64,000 bases of DNA from an uncultured Ruminococcus sp. (GTDB taxonomy: Bacteria; Bacillota; Clostridia; Oscillospirales; CAG-272), in NCBI GenBank assembly GCA_964590755.1, contig CAZPYK010000002.1, positions 11,135-75,134 on the forward strand, written 5' to 3'. A program made the position numbers and the translations under genes. How positions within the stretch are numbered: the first letter of the stretch is position 1; the number at the start of each line of letters is the position of its first letter. Below are positions 48,746 through 58,165 of this stretch, piece by piece. The notes below the pieces were generated by a model. It was not told the DNA's origin. It worked only from the letters and a program-made list of their open reading frames with translations, and ran no database searches.

Positions 48746-49906
48746 ATGATTAAAATATCTCATCTGGTCAAGAACTACGGCTCTTTTTGCGCCGTGGACG
48801 ATATCAGCTTTGAGGTGAAGAAGGGTGAGGTCATTGGCTTTCTCGGTCCGAACGGCGCGGGGAAAAGTACGACAATGAACATCATCACGGGATATCTTTC
48901 CTCCACCTCCGGAAGCGTCACGATCGGAGGTGTTGATATACTCGATGATCCGCTTAATGCCAAACGCCTGATCGGGTATCTGCCCGAGCAGCCTCCGCTT
49001 TATCCCGACATGACGGTTGAGGAATATCTATCCTTTGCGTACGATCTCAAGGGCTGTACATTAAATAAGGAAATGCATCTTGAGGAGATATACTCGGTCG
49101 TCAAGATAGGCGACGTGCGTCGCAGGCTATTGAAGAATCTCTCCAAGGGCTATCGTCAGCGTGTGGGAATAGCACAGGCGCTGGTGGGAAATCCGCCGGT
49201 CATCATCTTTGACGAGCCGACGATCGGACTTGATCCCAAGCAGATAATAGAGATCAGAAGCCTTATCCGCACACTGGGCAAGGAGCACACCGTCATCCTC
49301 TCGACGCACATCCTGCAAGAGGTGCAAGCCGTATGCGACCGTATAGTTATAATCAACAAGGGCAAGATAGTCGCGGACGAGCTGACCGAGAATATCTCAC
49401 GCGCGGTTGAAAACACAAGACGCTTCAACGTTAAGATCGCGGGACCGCAGCGCGATGTTTTGGCGACGCTGCGCAATCTCCAGGGCGTTACATATGCCGA
49501 GGTGCTTGCCGCGCGCGACGGAGACGCTTACACCTATATGGTGGAGAGCGAGGTCGGCGTCGACATTCGCAAAAAGCTGTTCTGGACCATGGCGGACAAA
49601 AAATGGCCTATCATCGGGCTTGAAGCACTCGGCATGAGCATAGAGGATATCTTTATCGCCGTGGTGGATAAGACCGGGGCACGTAAGCCGGGCGCGAAGA
49701 ATGACAAGAACCTTCGCCGCGCCGTTGCCGAAAGAGAACTTGCCGAGGATATCATGGAGAAGACCGCCGAGCAACTCAAAAATGCTGCGGACGAAGAGCC
49801 CGAGACCGAGCCGGAGGGCAAATATTACGCCGATTATTCGATAAAGAGCGATTCTATCGTCGGCGACGGTTCGAATAAAAACGAAAGCGAAGACGATCGC
49901 GCCTGA
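48746..49906 (+). CDS. ABC-2 type ATP-binding protein (GldA-like)
   Basis: GPNGAGKST, LSKGYRQRVG, DEPTIGLDP; acidic C-terminal extension. Confidence 0.9.
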   Translation: MIKISHLVKNYGSFCAVDDISFEVKKGEVIGFLGPNGAGKSTTMNIITGYLSSTSGSVTIGGVDILDDPLNAKRLIGYLPEQPPLYPDMTVEEYLSFAYDLKGCTLNKEMHLEEIYSVVKIGDVRRRLLKNLSKGYRQRVGIAQALVGNPPVIIFDEPTIGLDPKQIIEIRSLIRTLGKEHTVILSTHILQEVQAVCDRIVIINKGKIVADELTENISRAVENTRRFNVKIAGPQRDVLATLRNLQGVTYAEVLAARDGDAYTYMVESEVGVDIRKKLFWTMADKKWPIIGLEALGMSIEDIFIAVVDKTGARKPGAKNDKNLRRAVAERELAEDIMEKTAEQLKNAADEEPETEPEGKYYADYSIKSDSIVGDGSNKNESEDDRA

Positions 49907-49964
49907 CACGCTTCGGGCATAAGACGTAACTTATTTATTATTGATTTTGAAAGGATAAACTCCT

Positions 49965-50753
49965 ATGCTTGCAATTTATAAAAAGGAGATGCGCTCGTAT
50001 TTCATCAACGCGGTGGGATACGTTTATGTCGGAGTGTTTATGGCAATGGCGGCACTGCTTTGCTGCTATACGACGCTTCAGGCGAATTCATACAGCACCT
50101 CAAGCTATTTTATGTACATTATATTCGCAATGATCGTGCTTATTCCTCTGCTTACCATGAGAATGTTTGCCGAGGAGCGCAAGATGCGCACCGAGCAGCT
50201 GCTTTTGACCGCACCGGTTACGATAGTGGGAATGGTCATGGGTAAGTTTTTGGCGGCGTTTACGTTGTTTTTCGGCTCGCTTCTGCTTTCCTGCATCAAT
50301 TTCATTCCGCTCTATTCGATAGCCTCTACCGCCGTTGCTGCAAAAAAGGCGGAGGGAGACTGGCTTAGCGGAGATCATATAGGTCCCAACACGGCTCAGA
50401 TACTGGGCTCGCTCATCGGAATCGCGCTTATCGGTGCCGCATTCATCGCCATAGGACTCTTCGTGTCCTCTCTGACCGAGAACCAGCTCTCTGCCGCGGT
50501 GGTCACCATAGGAGTTCTGCTTGCCATGGTGGTGCTCAACCTTTTGAGTTCCGCCGGCAGTGACAGCGAGGGAACGCGCCTTATTTCCAGCTATGCCGTG
50601 AGATATGTGCTCAACTGGTTCAGCGTGCTTTCGAGATTTTCCTATTTCGGATACGGAATACTGGACTGGGCATCTCTTGTTTATTACCTCTCACTCGGCT
50701 TTATTTTCATCTACCTGACCGTGCGCGTATATGAGCGCCGCCGTTGGGCTTGA
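49965..50753 (+). CDS. ABC-2 type permease (GldF-like)
   Basis: AIYKKEMRSYF, PLLTMRMFAEERK..TEQLLLTAP, SSLTENQ. Confidence 0.88.
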   Translation: MLAIYKKEMRSYFINAVGYVYVGVFMAMAALLCCYTTLQANSYSTSSYFMYIIFAMIVLIPLLTMRMFAEERKMRTEQLLLTAPVTIVGMVMGKFLAAFTLFFGSLLLSCINFIPLYSIASTAVAAKKAEGDWLSGDHIGPNTAQILGSLIGIALIGAAFIAIGLFVSSLTENQLSAAVVTIGVLLAMVVLNLLSSAGSDSEGTRLISSYAVRYVLNWFSVLSRFSYFGYGILDWASLVYYLSLGFIFIYLTVRVYERRRWA

Positions 50754-50768
50754 TAGGAGGTGTCGCAA

Positions 50769-52397
50769 ATGAACGGTTCACAAAGCCCCATGCGTTCACG
50801 CCGCTTCCGCTACGGAGGCGTGGCACTTGCACTCACCTGCGCACTTGTCGCGGCGGTGATACTTTTTAACGCACTCTTTTCGATGCTTGCCGCGAAGTTC
50901 CTTTGGTATACCGATATGACCACCGAGAGCCTGTATACGCTGTCGGATGCCGCGATCGAGACCTTGAAGGGAATAGATACTCAGGGTCAGGATGTTAAGA
51001 TCATCTTTTGCGATGTTGCGGACAACCTGATGGAGGAGTCCACTCAGCGTATGGTATATATGTCCGCAAAGGAAATGGCGGAGAAGCTGGATTATATAAA
51101 GATAGAGCATGTCGATATCTATCGCGAACCCACCAAGGTAAGCCAATATAAGACCAATTCCAAGACCAAGATATATTCCACCTCGGTGATAGTTGCCTCC
51201 GGCCCCGAAGGTCACGAGGAATTTCGCTTGTTTGCGCTTCGCGCCTTCTTCAATTTCGAAGAGACCGATTCCTCCACGCCCATAGCGTATAACGGCGAGA
51301 AAAAGCTCGTTGCGGCCATCATGGCGGTGACACAAGCCGAGTCTCCCATTGCATGCGTGACATATACGCATGCCGAGCCCTTTGTGACCGAAAGCGAGTT
51401 GGCATCGAGTGCTTCGGCGCTCGCCATGCTTGAGGATGCCGGATATAAGGTTCAACCGATAGATCTTGCGACCGAGGATATTCCCGAGGATTGCCGTTTG
51501 CTCTTTATTTATGACCCCAAGGATGACTTTATCGCCAAGGAGGCGGGAGTATCCGATATATCCGAGATCGAGGTGATAGATAACTTCCTGCACGGAGATT
51601 CCAATGCGATGGCGGTGTTTATAGACCCCGCCACACCCAAGCTTACCAATCTTGAGGAATATCTTGAAGAGTGGGGAATAAGCTTTTTGCGCACAGAGGA
51701 CACCCTCGGTACGTCGCAATCCTGCGTGGTTCGTGACAATTCGAATTCTCTGACCGCGGACGGCCTTACCATCGTCGGCAGCTATACCTCGCAGGGGCTG
51801 GGCGCGTCCATTCACAAGGATATGCGCACGCAGTATCCGCCCAAGGTCATATTCAAGAACGTTATGCCGATCAATTACTCGGACAGATATTCAATGCTTG
51901 AGCATGTCGATGAGGATGATTCTTCCAACAACTACACATACGGAACCTCTCGCGCACTGGACGGAATAGATCGCGAGATATACGATGTGTTCCTTTCGTC
52001 GACAAGCGCAAAGGCGGTGGCGGACGGCAGAGAGATCAGCTCCGCGACTCAAGCGGATCCTTACAAGCTTATGACGATCACCCGCGAAACACAGCGTCTT
52101 TCGAATACCGAGTTTACTCAATCATATGTGCTTGCCTGCGGCTCCACCGAATTTTTGAGCAACAGCCTGTTGCAGTCGAACAGCTACGGCAACTATGACG
52201 TGATGCTCAGCGCAATGCGAGCCATGGGCAGGGAATATGTTCCCGTGGGGCTTGAAACAAAGATGTTCGAATCCACCGAGATCGAGGGCTTGACCACCGC
52301 CGAGGCTAACCGCTACACCGTGGCGTTGACGCTGATCCCGCCCGTGATAGTCTTTGCCGTGGGATGCTTTGTCCTTGTAAGGAGAAGATACGCATGA
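50769..52397 (+). CDS. GldG-like ABC auxiliary component
   Basis: N-terminal TM, DMTTESLYTLS, YNGEKKL..AI, C-terminal TM ending VRRRYA; AGGAGG RBS. Confidence 0.75.
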   Translation: MNGSQSPMRSRRFRYGGVALALTCALVAAVILFNALFSMLAAKFLWYTDMTTESLYTLSDAAIETLKGIDTQGQDVKIIFCDVADNLMEESTQRMVYMSAKEMAEKLDYIKIEHVDIYREPTKVSQYKTNSKTKIYSTSVIVASGPEGHEEFRLFALRAFFNFEETDSSTPIAYNGEKKLVAAIMAVTQAESPIACVTYTHAEPFVTESELASSASALAMLEDAGYKVQPIDLATEDIPEDCRLLFIYDPKDDFIAKEAGVSDISEIEVIDNFLHGDSNAMAVFIDPATPKLTNLEEYLEEWGISFLRTEDTLGTSQSCVVRDNSNSLTADGLTIVGSYTSQGLGASIHKDMRTQYPPKVIFKNVMPINYSDRYSMLEHVDEDDSSNNYTYGTSRALDGIDREIYDVFLSSTSAKAVADGREISSATQADPYKLMTITRETQRLSNTEFTQSYVLACGSTEFLSNSLLQSNSYGNYDVMLSAMRAMGREYVPVGLETKMFESTEIEGLTTAEANRYTVALTLIPPVIVFAVGCFVLVRRRYA

Positions 52398-54646
52398 TTC
52401 GAAAGAAAAATTACGATTCCGATGATATAACGCGGGAGCAAGGCACGGGGCGCCGCCGCAGATCGGTCATGCGGGCGCAAAAGCGAGCCGTTGCCGCATT
52501 GCTCGTGTGTGTGCTTGTGCTCGGCGTCGCGGTCGGTGTGGTTTCATACTATATAAACCGGGTGGTATATACCGATACCGACGGTGAAAAGTATTACATT
52601 AAGGAAAAGGGCGGCGTTTATGTCGCGTGCGACAGTGACGGCTATACGCTTGACACCACTCCCGACGGTAACAATTATTTCAGCACGAAGGCGGGTACGG
52701 TGCTAAAGGTCGATTCCTCCGCCGGAACCTATATCGTATATGCCGTTCCGGACACCGAGGAAGGCGAAGCCGTCGGCTCCGGTACGCGTATATTGATGTT
52801 CCCGCAGATCGTGCAGGATGACATTCAGTCGGTGCGCGTGCACACCGCAACGAATGATTACACCTTTTATCGCAATGAGAATGACGAGTTTAATATCAAG
52901 GGCCATGAGAACGTTGCGTTTGACAAAGCGCTGCTCGCTCAGCTGACGGTATCCTGCGGATATACTTTGACAATGGAGAAGCTCTCGCGCTATCGCGATG
53001 ACGGCACTTATATAGAGCTTACCGAATACGGTCTCGATAAACAAACAAGAATCGATGACGAGGGCAACGAATACGAATATTCTCCCTCATGGTACACCTT
53101 GGTCGACACCCAAGACAAGATACACACGGTTTATATCGGGGATATGATCCCGTCCGGCTCGGGGTATTACGTCAGATACAGCGGCAGAGATGCGGTGTAT
53201 ATCATGAATTATCAGGTTGACGCGTCGCTTATCAGTGTGTACGGTCAATCAACTCTGACAGAGGATGCGGACAGCGTGTTCGAGCTTCCGATAGAGACCT
53301 TTATAACGCCCACTATCTGCTATCCGATGTCACTGAACACCTACTTCTATATCAAGAATTTTTCGATCTTCGACGGTAAGGAACTCTTAAAGTCGCAGGA
53401 GACCGAGCAGCTCTCGGTCAAGCCGATCGTCAGCTATTCCTATTGGGATCTTGACGAGCGAACCGGCACCTTCTACGCAAACGATGCGTATGTTATGAGC
53501 TATCCCGAAAATTATACCATAGATTCCAATTCCGCGGGCGAGGCTTTGCAGACATTCTACAGCATGAGCTTTTTGAACGTGACAAAACTGGGACCCACCG
53601 ATGAGGATATGGAAAAGTACGGGCTGGATGTTCCCGCATATGCGATTTATTTCGAATATTATCCCGAGGGCTTTTCGGGAGAAATGTGGGAGCATGTGAT
53701 ATTTGTCAGCGAGATGACCGATCGCGGCACCTATTATGTGACCTCGGCTATCTCAAGCGGAGACAAAATCATGTACGACTACGATATGATAGTTGAGATC
53801 GAGCGTACGCAGATGCTGTTCCTCAATTACAAAAAGCTGGAATGGATAAATTCCAACTATTTCTCCATGAACCTTGCGTGGGCGACCGAGATCATTCTTG
53901 AGACAGCCGATGGCGAATATCATTTTTATCTGGATAATTCGGGCAGCGATTCGGTAACCAATCCCACCACGGTGTCGGATACCGCCAAGTCAAAGGGCAC
54001 GATAACCTCGGATAACATGAAACTTAAGGCTGTGGCTCCCGACGGCACGGTCATGGAGGCGCTCTCCACCCTTACGGTAACGGATGCGAGCGGCTTTACC
54101 TGGACGATCAACAACGAGACCGTCAAAGCGGTGGACGCGAACGGCACGAACGCTTCGATACGCGGTGCCAAGTATGCGACCAACAGCCGCGGCGAGGAGG
54201 TCGTGGTGCTTGTGGGAAGCATAACCGATGTCAACACCGGCAATAAGGTCGAGGTCGGCGCCGACACGATAACCGTTACGGCTTCGAACGGCGTTGTGAC
54301 CACATATCTGCGCTGCGGTATGGCGAACTTCCGCAAGTTCTATCAGACCCTGCTCTATGCGTCGATAATCGGTGATGCGCACGAGGGGGATATGGCGCTT
54401 ACGGATGATCAAATAACGAGCTATGTGGCGGATGAGTCGAGATTTCAAGCAAAGCTGACTGTTCTCACCTCGTATGATAAGCAGCCGAAATACGAATACT
54501 CCTTCTACACCTACACCGAGCGCAAATCGCTCATCAACATCAACGGAGAGACCGAATTTTACGTGACTCGCACCTTTGTCGATAAGATAATCTCGGATGC
54601 CGCCAAGGTCATGACGGGCGAGGTCATCATTCCGACAAATATGTAA
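52394..54646 (+). CDS. DUF4340-like membrane-anchored extracellular protein
   Basis: One N-terminal TM, repeated EYGLD/KYGLDVP and IGD..PSGSGYYV motifs; ATGA-coupled to the GldG-like gene. Confidence 0.65.
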   Translation: MIRKKNYDSDDITREQGTGRRRRSVMRAQKRAVAALLVCVLVLGVAVGVVSYYINRVVYTDTDGEKYYIKEKGGVYVACDSDGYTLDTTPDGNNYFSTKAGTVLKVDSSAGTYIVYAVPDTEEGEAVGSGTRILMFPQIVQDDIQSVRVHTATNDYTFYRNENDEFNIKGHENVAFDKALLAQLTVSCGYTLTMEKLSRYRDDGTYIELTEYGLDKQTRIDDEGNEYEYSPSWYTLVDTQDKIHTVYIGDMIPSGSGYYVRYSGRDAVYIMNYQVDASLISVYGQSTLTEDADSVFELPIETFITPTICYPMSLNTYFYIKNFSIFDGKELLKSQETEQLSVKPIVSYSYWDLDERTGTFYANDAYVMSYPENYTIDSNSAGEALQTFYSMSFLNVTKLGPTDEDMEKYGLDVPAYAIYFEYYPEGFSGEMWEHVIFVSEMTDRGTYYVTSAISSGDKIMYDYDMIVEIERTQMLFLNYKKLEWINSNYFSMNLAWATEIILETADGEYHFYLDNSGSDSVTNPTTVSDTAKSKGTITSDNMKLKAVAPDGTVMEALSTLTVTDASGFTWTINNETVKAVDANGTNASIRGAKYATNSRGEEVVVLVGSITDVNTGNKVEVGADTITVTASNGVVTTYLRCGMANFRKFYQTLLYASIIGDAHEGDMALTDDQITSYVADESRFQAKLTVLTSYDKQPKYEYSFYTYTERKSLININGETEFYVTRTFVDKIISDAAKVMTGEVIIPTNM

Positions 54647-54663
54647 ACAGACAGTATAGCATG

Positions 54664-54763
54664 ATTCGCGGCGGTGTCGCGGCTCTTTGGGGAGCCGCGG
54701 CACCGCCGCGAATATTTATAAAAAACGGTATACCGATCGGCAAAGCCGAGATCGGTATACCGT
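54664..54763. terminator. Two hairpins terminating convergent transcripts
   Basis: Stems at 54664-54713 and 54725-54763; the second has a T-tract on the minus strand. Confidence 0.65.
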
Positions 54764-54769
54764 GCGGGA

Positions 54770-54982
54770 TCAGGCGGACCTGCCGAAGAGGAGGTCTATA
54801 CTGATGCCGAATGCGTCCGCAAGTGCGGGCAGAAGTGAAATGTCGGGACAGCACACGGCGCGCTCCCATTTTGAGACCGCTTGAGCCGAGACACCCAGTC
54901 TTACGGCAAGACCGTCTTGAGTCAATCCCATGCGACGGCGAAAAAACGCCAATCTGTCACCGAATTCGGTTGTGAATTGCAT
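54770..54982 (-). CDS. XRE family HTH transcriptional regulator (70 aa)
   Basis: AAGGAGG RBS; RRRMGLTQDGLA.RLGVSAQAVSKWE...PDISLLPALADAFGISIDLLF. Confidence 0.88.
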   Translation of the reverse strand: MQFTTEFGDRLAFFRRRMGLTQDGLAVRLGVSAQAVSKWERAVCCPDISLLPALADAFGISIDLLFGRSA

Positions 54983-55134
54983 TTGTGCCTCCTTTTTTGG
55001 GGGCATGAGGGCGCGAAAAACGCTTTTTGCGTGAACACCTTTGAAAACGAGCCCCTTGCCCAAATCGGAGGATGCATGCGTGCGGCGGCTTGCTTGCCGC
55101 GGCGCGCTTTTGAGCGGCGCGAACGTTGCGCCTT

Positions 55135-55218
55135 TTATCGAGCTGCCTCGGGGCGATGGTGATCCCGGGAGCTGCCGTACGCAATGCATCCGATAACGGT
55201 ATTATTACCGTGCTTCAA
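55135..55218 (-). CDS. Putative 27-aa small ORF / leader peptide
   Basis: AAGGAGG RBS then TTG; MKHGNNTVIGCIAYGSSRDHHRPEAAR*; downstream of a consensus promoter. Confidence 0.4.
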   Translation of the reverse strand: MKHGNNTVIGCIAYGSSRDHHRPEAAR

Positions 55219-55276
55219 AACGATCGCCTCCTTGTTGCCAAATTTCCTCCGACGCCCGTTGTCGGCGGATGCTATG

Positions 55277-55305
55277 ATTATATCACCGTTTTTGTGTTCT
55301 GTCAA
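55277..55305 (-). promoter_or_regulatory. Consensus sigma-A promoter for the small ORF and XRE gene
   Basis: Minus-strand TTGACA-17 bp-TATAAT. Confidence 0.75.
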
Positions 55306-56258
55306 GATTTACTGTCGGATATTCTGTGCCTTGCGCGTTTTTTCGGTGCGGGGATCTTGAGCTGCGCCGTGACGATTCCGATAAATATCAAGATGCATCC
55401 CGCTATGGCGGCGACCGAAAGCTTATCCTGTCCGGTCACAAAGCCGCCGACTGCTCCGAAGACCGCTTCGAGCGAAAAGATCAGCGCGGCATAGTCCGGG
55501 GATGTCATCTGTTGCCCGAGCGTTTGCAGTGTATATGCAACACCTACGGACAACACTCCGCAGAAAAAGATCGCAAGCCTTGCCTCCCACACCATTTCAA
55601 GCGTGGCGTGCTCGGTGAATGCCGCTATCACTCCGGTCGCCGCCGAGACCACGGCAAATTGGATGCAGGAAAAGAGCAGTGGATAAATGCGGTTGCCGAA
55701 GAAGTCGATGGTGAGTATGTGGAACGCCCAAAAGAAGGCTCCGATAAAGATTAGCAATTCGCCGGTGCCGAAGCCGAAGCCCTCGGCGGGATCGACGCAA
55801 AGCAGGTATATTCCGATTGTCGCAAGTGCCGTGCTTCCGAGCAGCGAGAGCGATAGCTTCTTTTTAAAGAAGATCGCGGCAAAGATCGGGGTGAGTATGA
55901 TATAAAGATCGGTTATAAAGCCGGCGCGTCCGGGAGATTTGGTTATTCCCGCACCCGCCTGCTGGAGCACGGAGGCGAAGGAAAGTATCGTGCCGCAAAT
56001 AAGCGAGGCGGTAACGGTGGAGCGAAGCTTCTTTTTTTCGGCGGCCGTGGCATCCGAGCTGTCGGCGGCACCGAAATGCGGTCTCTTTTCAAATATCAGA
56101 ACGACGGGCAGGAGCGAGATCGCTCCTGCGCCGAAACGGATGGAGGTGAATGTGAATGGGTCGAGAATGTCGCTGCCCAGCACCTGCGCCACAAAGGCTA
56201 TGCCCCAGATGAAAGCGGTGGTGAAGAGGCAGAGATTTGCCAATATCTTTTTGTTCAT
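55302..56258 (-). CDS. DMT/EamA family transporter
   Basis: IWGIAFVAQ, AGFITDLY, VAYTLQTLGQ, ALIFSLEAVF. Confidence 0.9.
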   Translation of the reverse strand: MNKKILANLCLFTTAFIWGIAFVAQVLGSDILDPFTFTSIRFGAGAISLLPVVLIFEKRPHFGAADSSDATAAEKKKLRSTVTASLICGTILSFASVLQQAGAGITKSPGRAGFITDLYIILTPIFAAIFFKKKLSLSLLGSTALATIGIYLLCVDPAEGFGFGTGELLIFIGAFFWAFHILTIDFFGNRIYPLLFSCIQFAVVSAATGVIAAFTEHATLEMVWEARLAIFFCGVLSVGVAYTLQTLGQQMTSPDYAALIFSLEAVFGAVGGFVTGQDKLSVAAIAGCILIFIGIVTAQLKIPAPKKRARHRISDSKS

Positions 56259-56300
56259 TATAGTGCTTTGGAGGTTTCCTTTCGACGGCGGGAGTGGTGT

Positions 56301-57056
56301 TTACGGCTTAAATTCCACTATGTTCACGAAGAACTGCCGTGAGATCTCATATTTTTTTGTTGAATCGACGCCGCCGAGCGTGCTTTTTGTGCGCAGGCAC
56401 AAAAGCGTGTCCGCCGGCAGACCGCCGAACATTTCAAAATGCTTTGCGAATTCGGTTTCCGCAAAATTGATTGAATAATCGTCGTTGGCGCATTCCGGCT
56501 TATACCCCAAGACATCCTCGAGCTTGCAAAAGCCGCCTGCGCTTTTGACGCGCTTGTAAAGCGTGGGGTCGAGCAGACAGACCGAATATTCACCTGCGAC
56601 GATCAGCTGATCGAATTTTTGCAGTTCCTGGGCGTTCAGTTCGGTGTTTATCGGAAGCTTGCGACTTTCTGCCGCCGCGGTCTCTCGCAGTTGTTCGATC
56701 TGATCGTTTGAATATATCACGAGAGATACCAGATTGCAGGTGGACGAGCCGTCCTCGTTATAGTCCTCGGGAACGACGGAATTCAATGCCGCACAGACTC
56801 CGGTGTAGATCTCCTTGTTGCTCAGTCCCTCATAAGGACCCGCGTACATGAGCACGGTGTCATATCCTTCGCGTGAGCAGCTCTGAGCGATGCACACGAT
56901 CAGCACCAGTGTGACGAATGCGGCAATTATGACCTTCCATTTGTTGTAGTACCAAAAGTTGTCCGCCTTTTGCGCAGAAGGTGAATCGATGACTATCTCA
57001 GCGGCGGGAAGCTTATCTTCGCGATGCCTTTCGTGTCGATCGTCGGTTTGTTTCAT
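56301..57056 (-). CDS. Hypothetical membrane-anchored protein
   Basis: DNFWYYNKW followed by a single TM and a soluble domain; AAGGAG RBS. Confidence 0.7.
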   Translation of the reverse strand: MKQTDDRHERHREDKLPAAEIVIDSPSAQKADNFWYYNKWKVIIAAFVTLVLIVCIAQSCSREGYDTVLMYAGPYEGLSNKEIYTGVCAALNSVVPEDYNEDGSSTCNLVSLVIYSNDQIEQLRETAAAESRKLPINTELNAQELQKFDQLIVAGEYSVCLLDPTLYKRVKSAGGFCKLEDVLGYKPECANDDYSINFAETEFAKHFEMFGGLPADTLLCLRTKSTLGGVDSTKKYEISRQFFVNIVEFKP

Positions 57057-57167
57057 TTTCTATTATTCTCCTTGCTGTTCGTGATTATTCTCAAGTGATT
57101 ATATCACTTATATAATATCATATTTCATGAATTTTGTAAAGATGTTGCATATTTTTTCTCGCTCGGA

Positions 57168-57196
57168 TTGACAAGGACGGATCCGGCATATATAAT
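57168..57196 (+). promoter_or_regulatory. Consensus sigma-A promoter of rsmE
   Basis: TTGACA-17 bp-TATAAT. Confidence 0.75.
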
Positions 57197-57235
57197 ATAT
57201 GTGATATATATTGACGGTCGAAGGGAGATATGACC

Positions 57236-57988
57236 ATGCCTCGCTTTTTTGCGACTTCCGATGCGGTCGATGCCGAAGCAAGGGAAATAGTGATCGGCGG
57301 TGACGATGCAAGACACATATCGCGCTCTTTGAGGATGAGATGCGGAGAGGAGATAACCGTCTGCGACGGAGCGGGAACCGACTACCGCTGCCGCACGGCG
57401 GCATTCACCTCGGATACCGTAACCTTGCGGATAGAGCGCATCGAGCCCGCTTCGGGGGAAGCCCCGGTGGATATCACGGTGTTTCAGGCACTTGTAAAAG
57501 GGGATCGCTTTGATACCGTGATCCAAAAATCGGTCGAATGCGGCGCGCTTGAGGTGATACCCTTTTACAGCCGCAACTGCGTGGTGAGACCGTCCGATAA
57601 CGACGGCAAGAAGCGTGAGCGGCGCGAGCGCATTGCCCTTGAGGCGGCGATGCAATCGGGGCGAGGGCGGATACCGCATGTCGGAGAGTGCATATCGTCC
57701 TTCGATGCTCTGATCTCGGCGGCGTCCGGCTTCGACGCGGCGCTCTTCTGTTATGAGGGAGAGGGGACCGAGAGCGTGCCGGCGATATTAAGAAGGCTTG
57801 CGGCTCGCGACGAGCCGATAAAAAGGATATGCGTCATAGTCGGGCCGGAGGGCGGTTTTGCTCCCGAGGAGGCGCAAGCGGCACGGGACGCCGGGCTTAC
57901 AATGACCGGCTTGGGACCGAGGATATTGCGCACCGAAAGCGCGGCGCAGTTCGCTTTGGCATGTATTTATTTCGCATTTGACACATAA
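57236..57988 (+). CDS. rsmE: 16S rRNA (U1498-N3)-methyltransferase RsmE
   Basis: MPRFF, HISRSLR, IQKSVECG, EAAMQSGR, VGPEGGF, LGPRILRTESA. Confidence 0.95.
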   Translation: MPRFFATSDAVDAEAREIVIGGDDARHISRSLRMRCGEEITVCDGAGTDYRCRTAAFTSDTVTLRIERIEPASGEAPVDITVFQALVKGDRFDTVIQKSVECGALEVIPFYSRNCVVRPSDNDGKKRERRERIALEAAMQSGRGRIPHVGECISSFDALISAASGFDAALFCYEGEGTESVPAILRRLAARDEPIKRICVIVGPEGGFAPEEAQAARDAGLTMTGLGPRILRTESAAQFALACIYFAFDT

Positions 57989-58165
57989 TTAATCAAGCAA
58001 AACCAAAAAAAGGCACCGTTTAGGGCGTTTTTTACAGAAAAAAATCAACTTTTTTTCAAAAAAAGGCTTTTACCTATTGAAAAATAACAAATTTTGCGAT
58101 AAAATATTATTAAGGTTACACAAACAAATCGTCAAATTGAACATATGAGAGGAACGATAAAAGCC

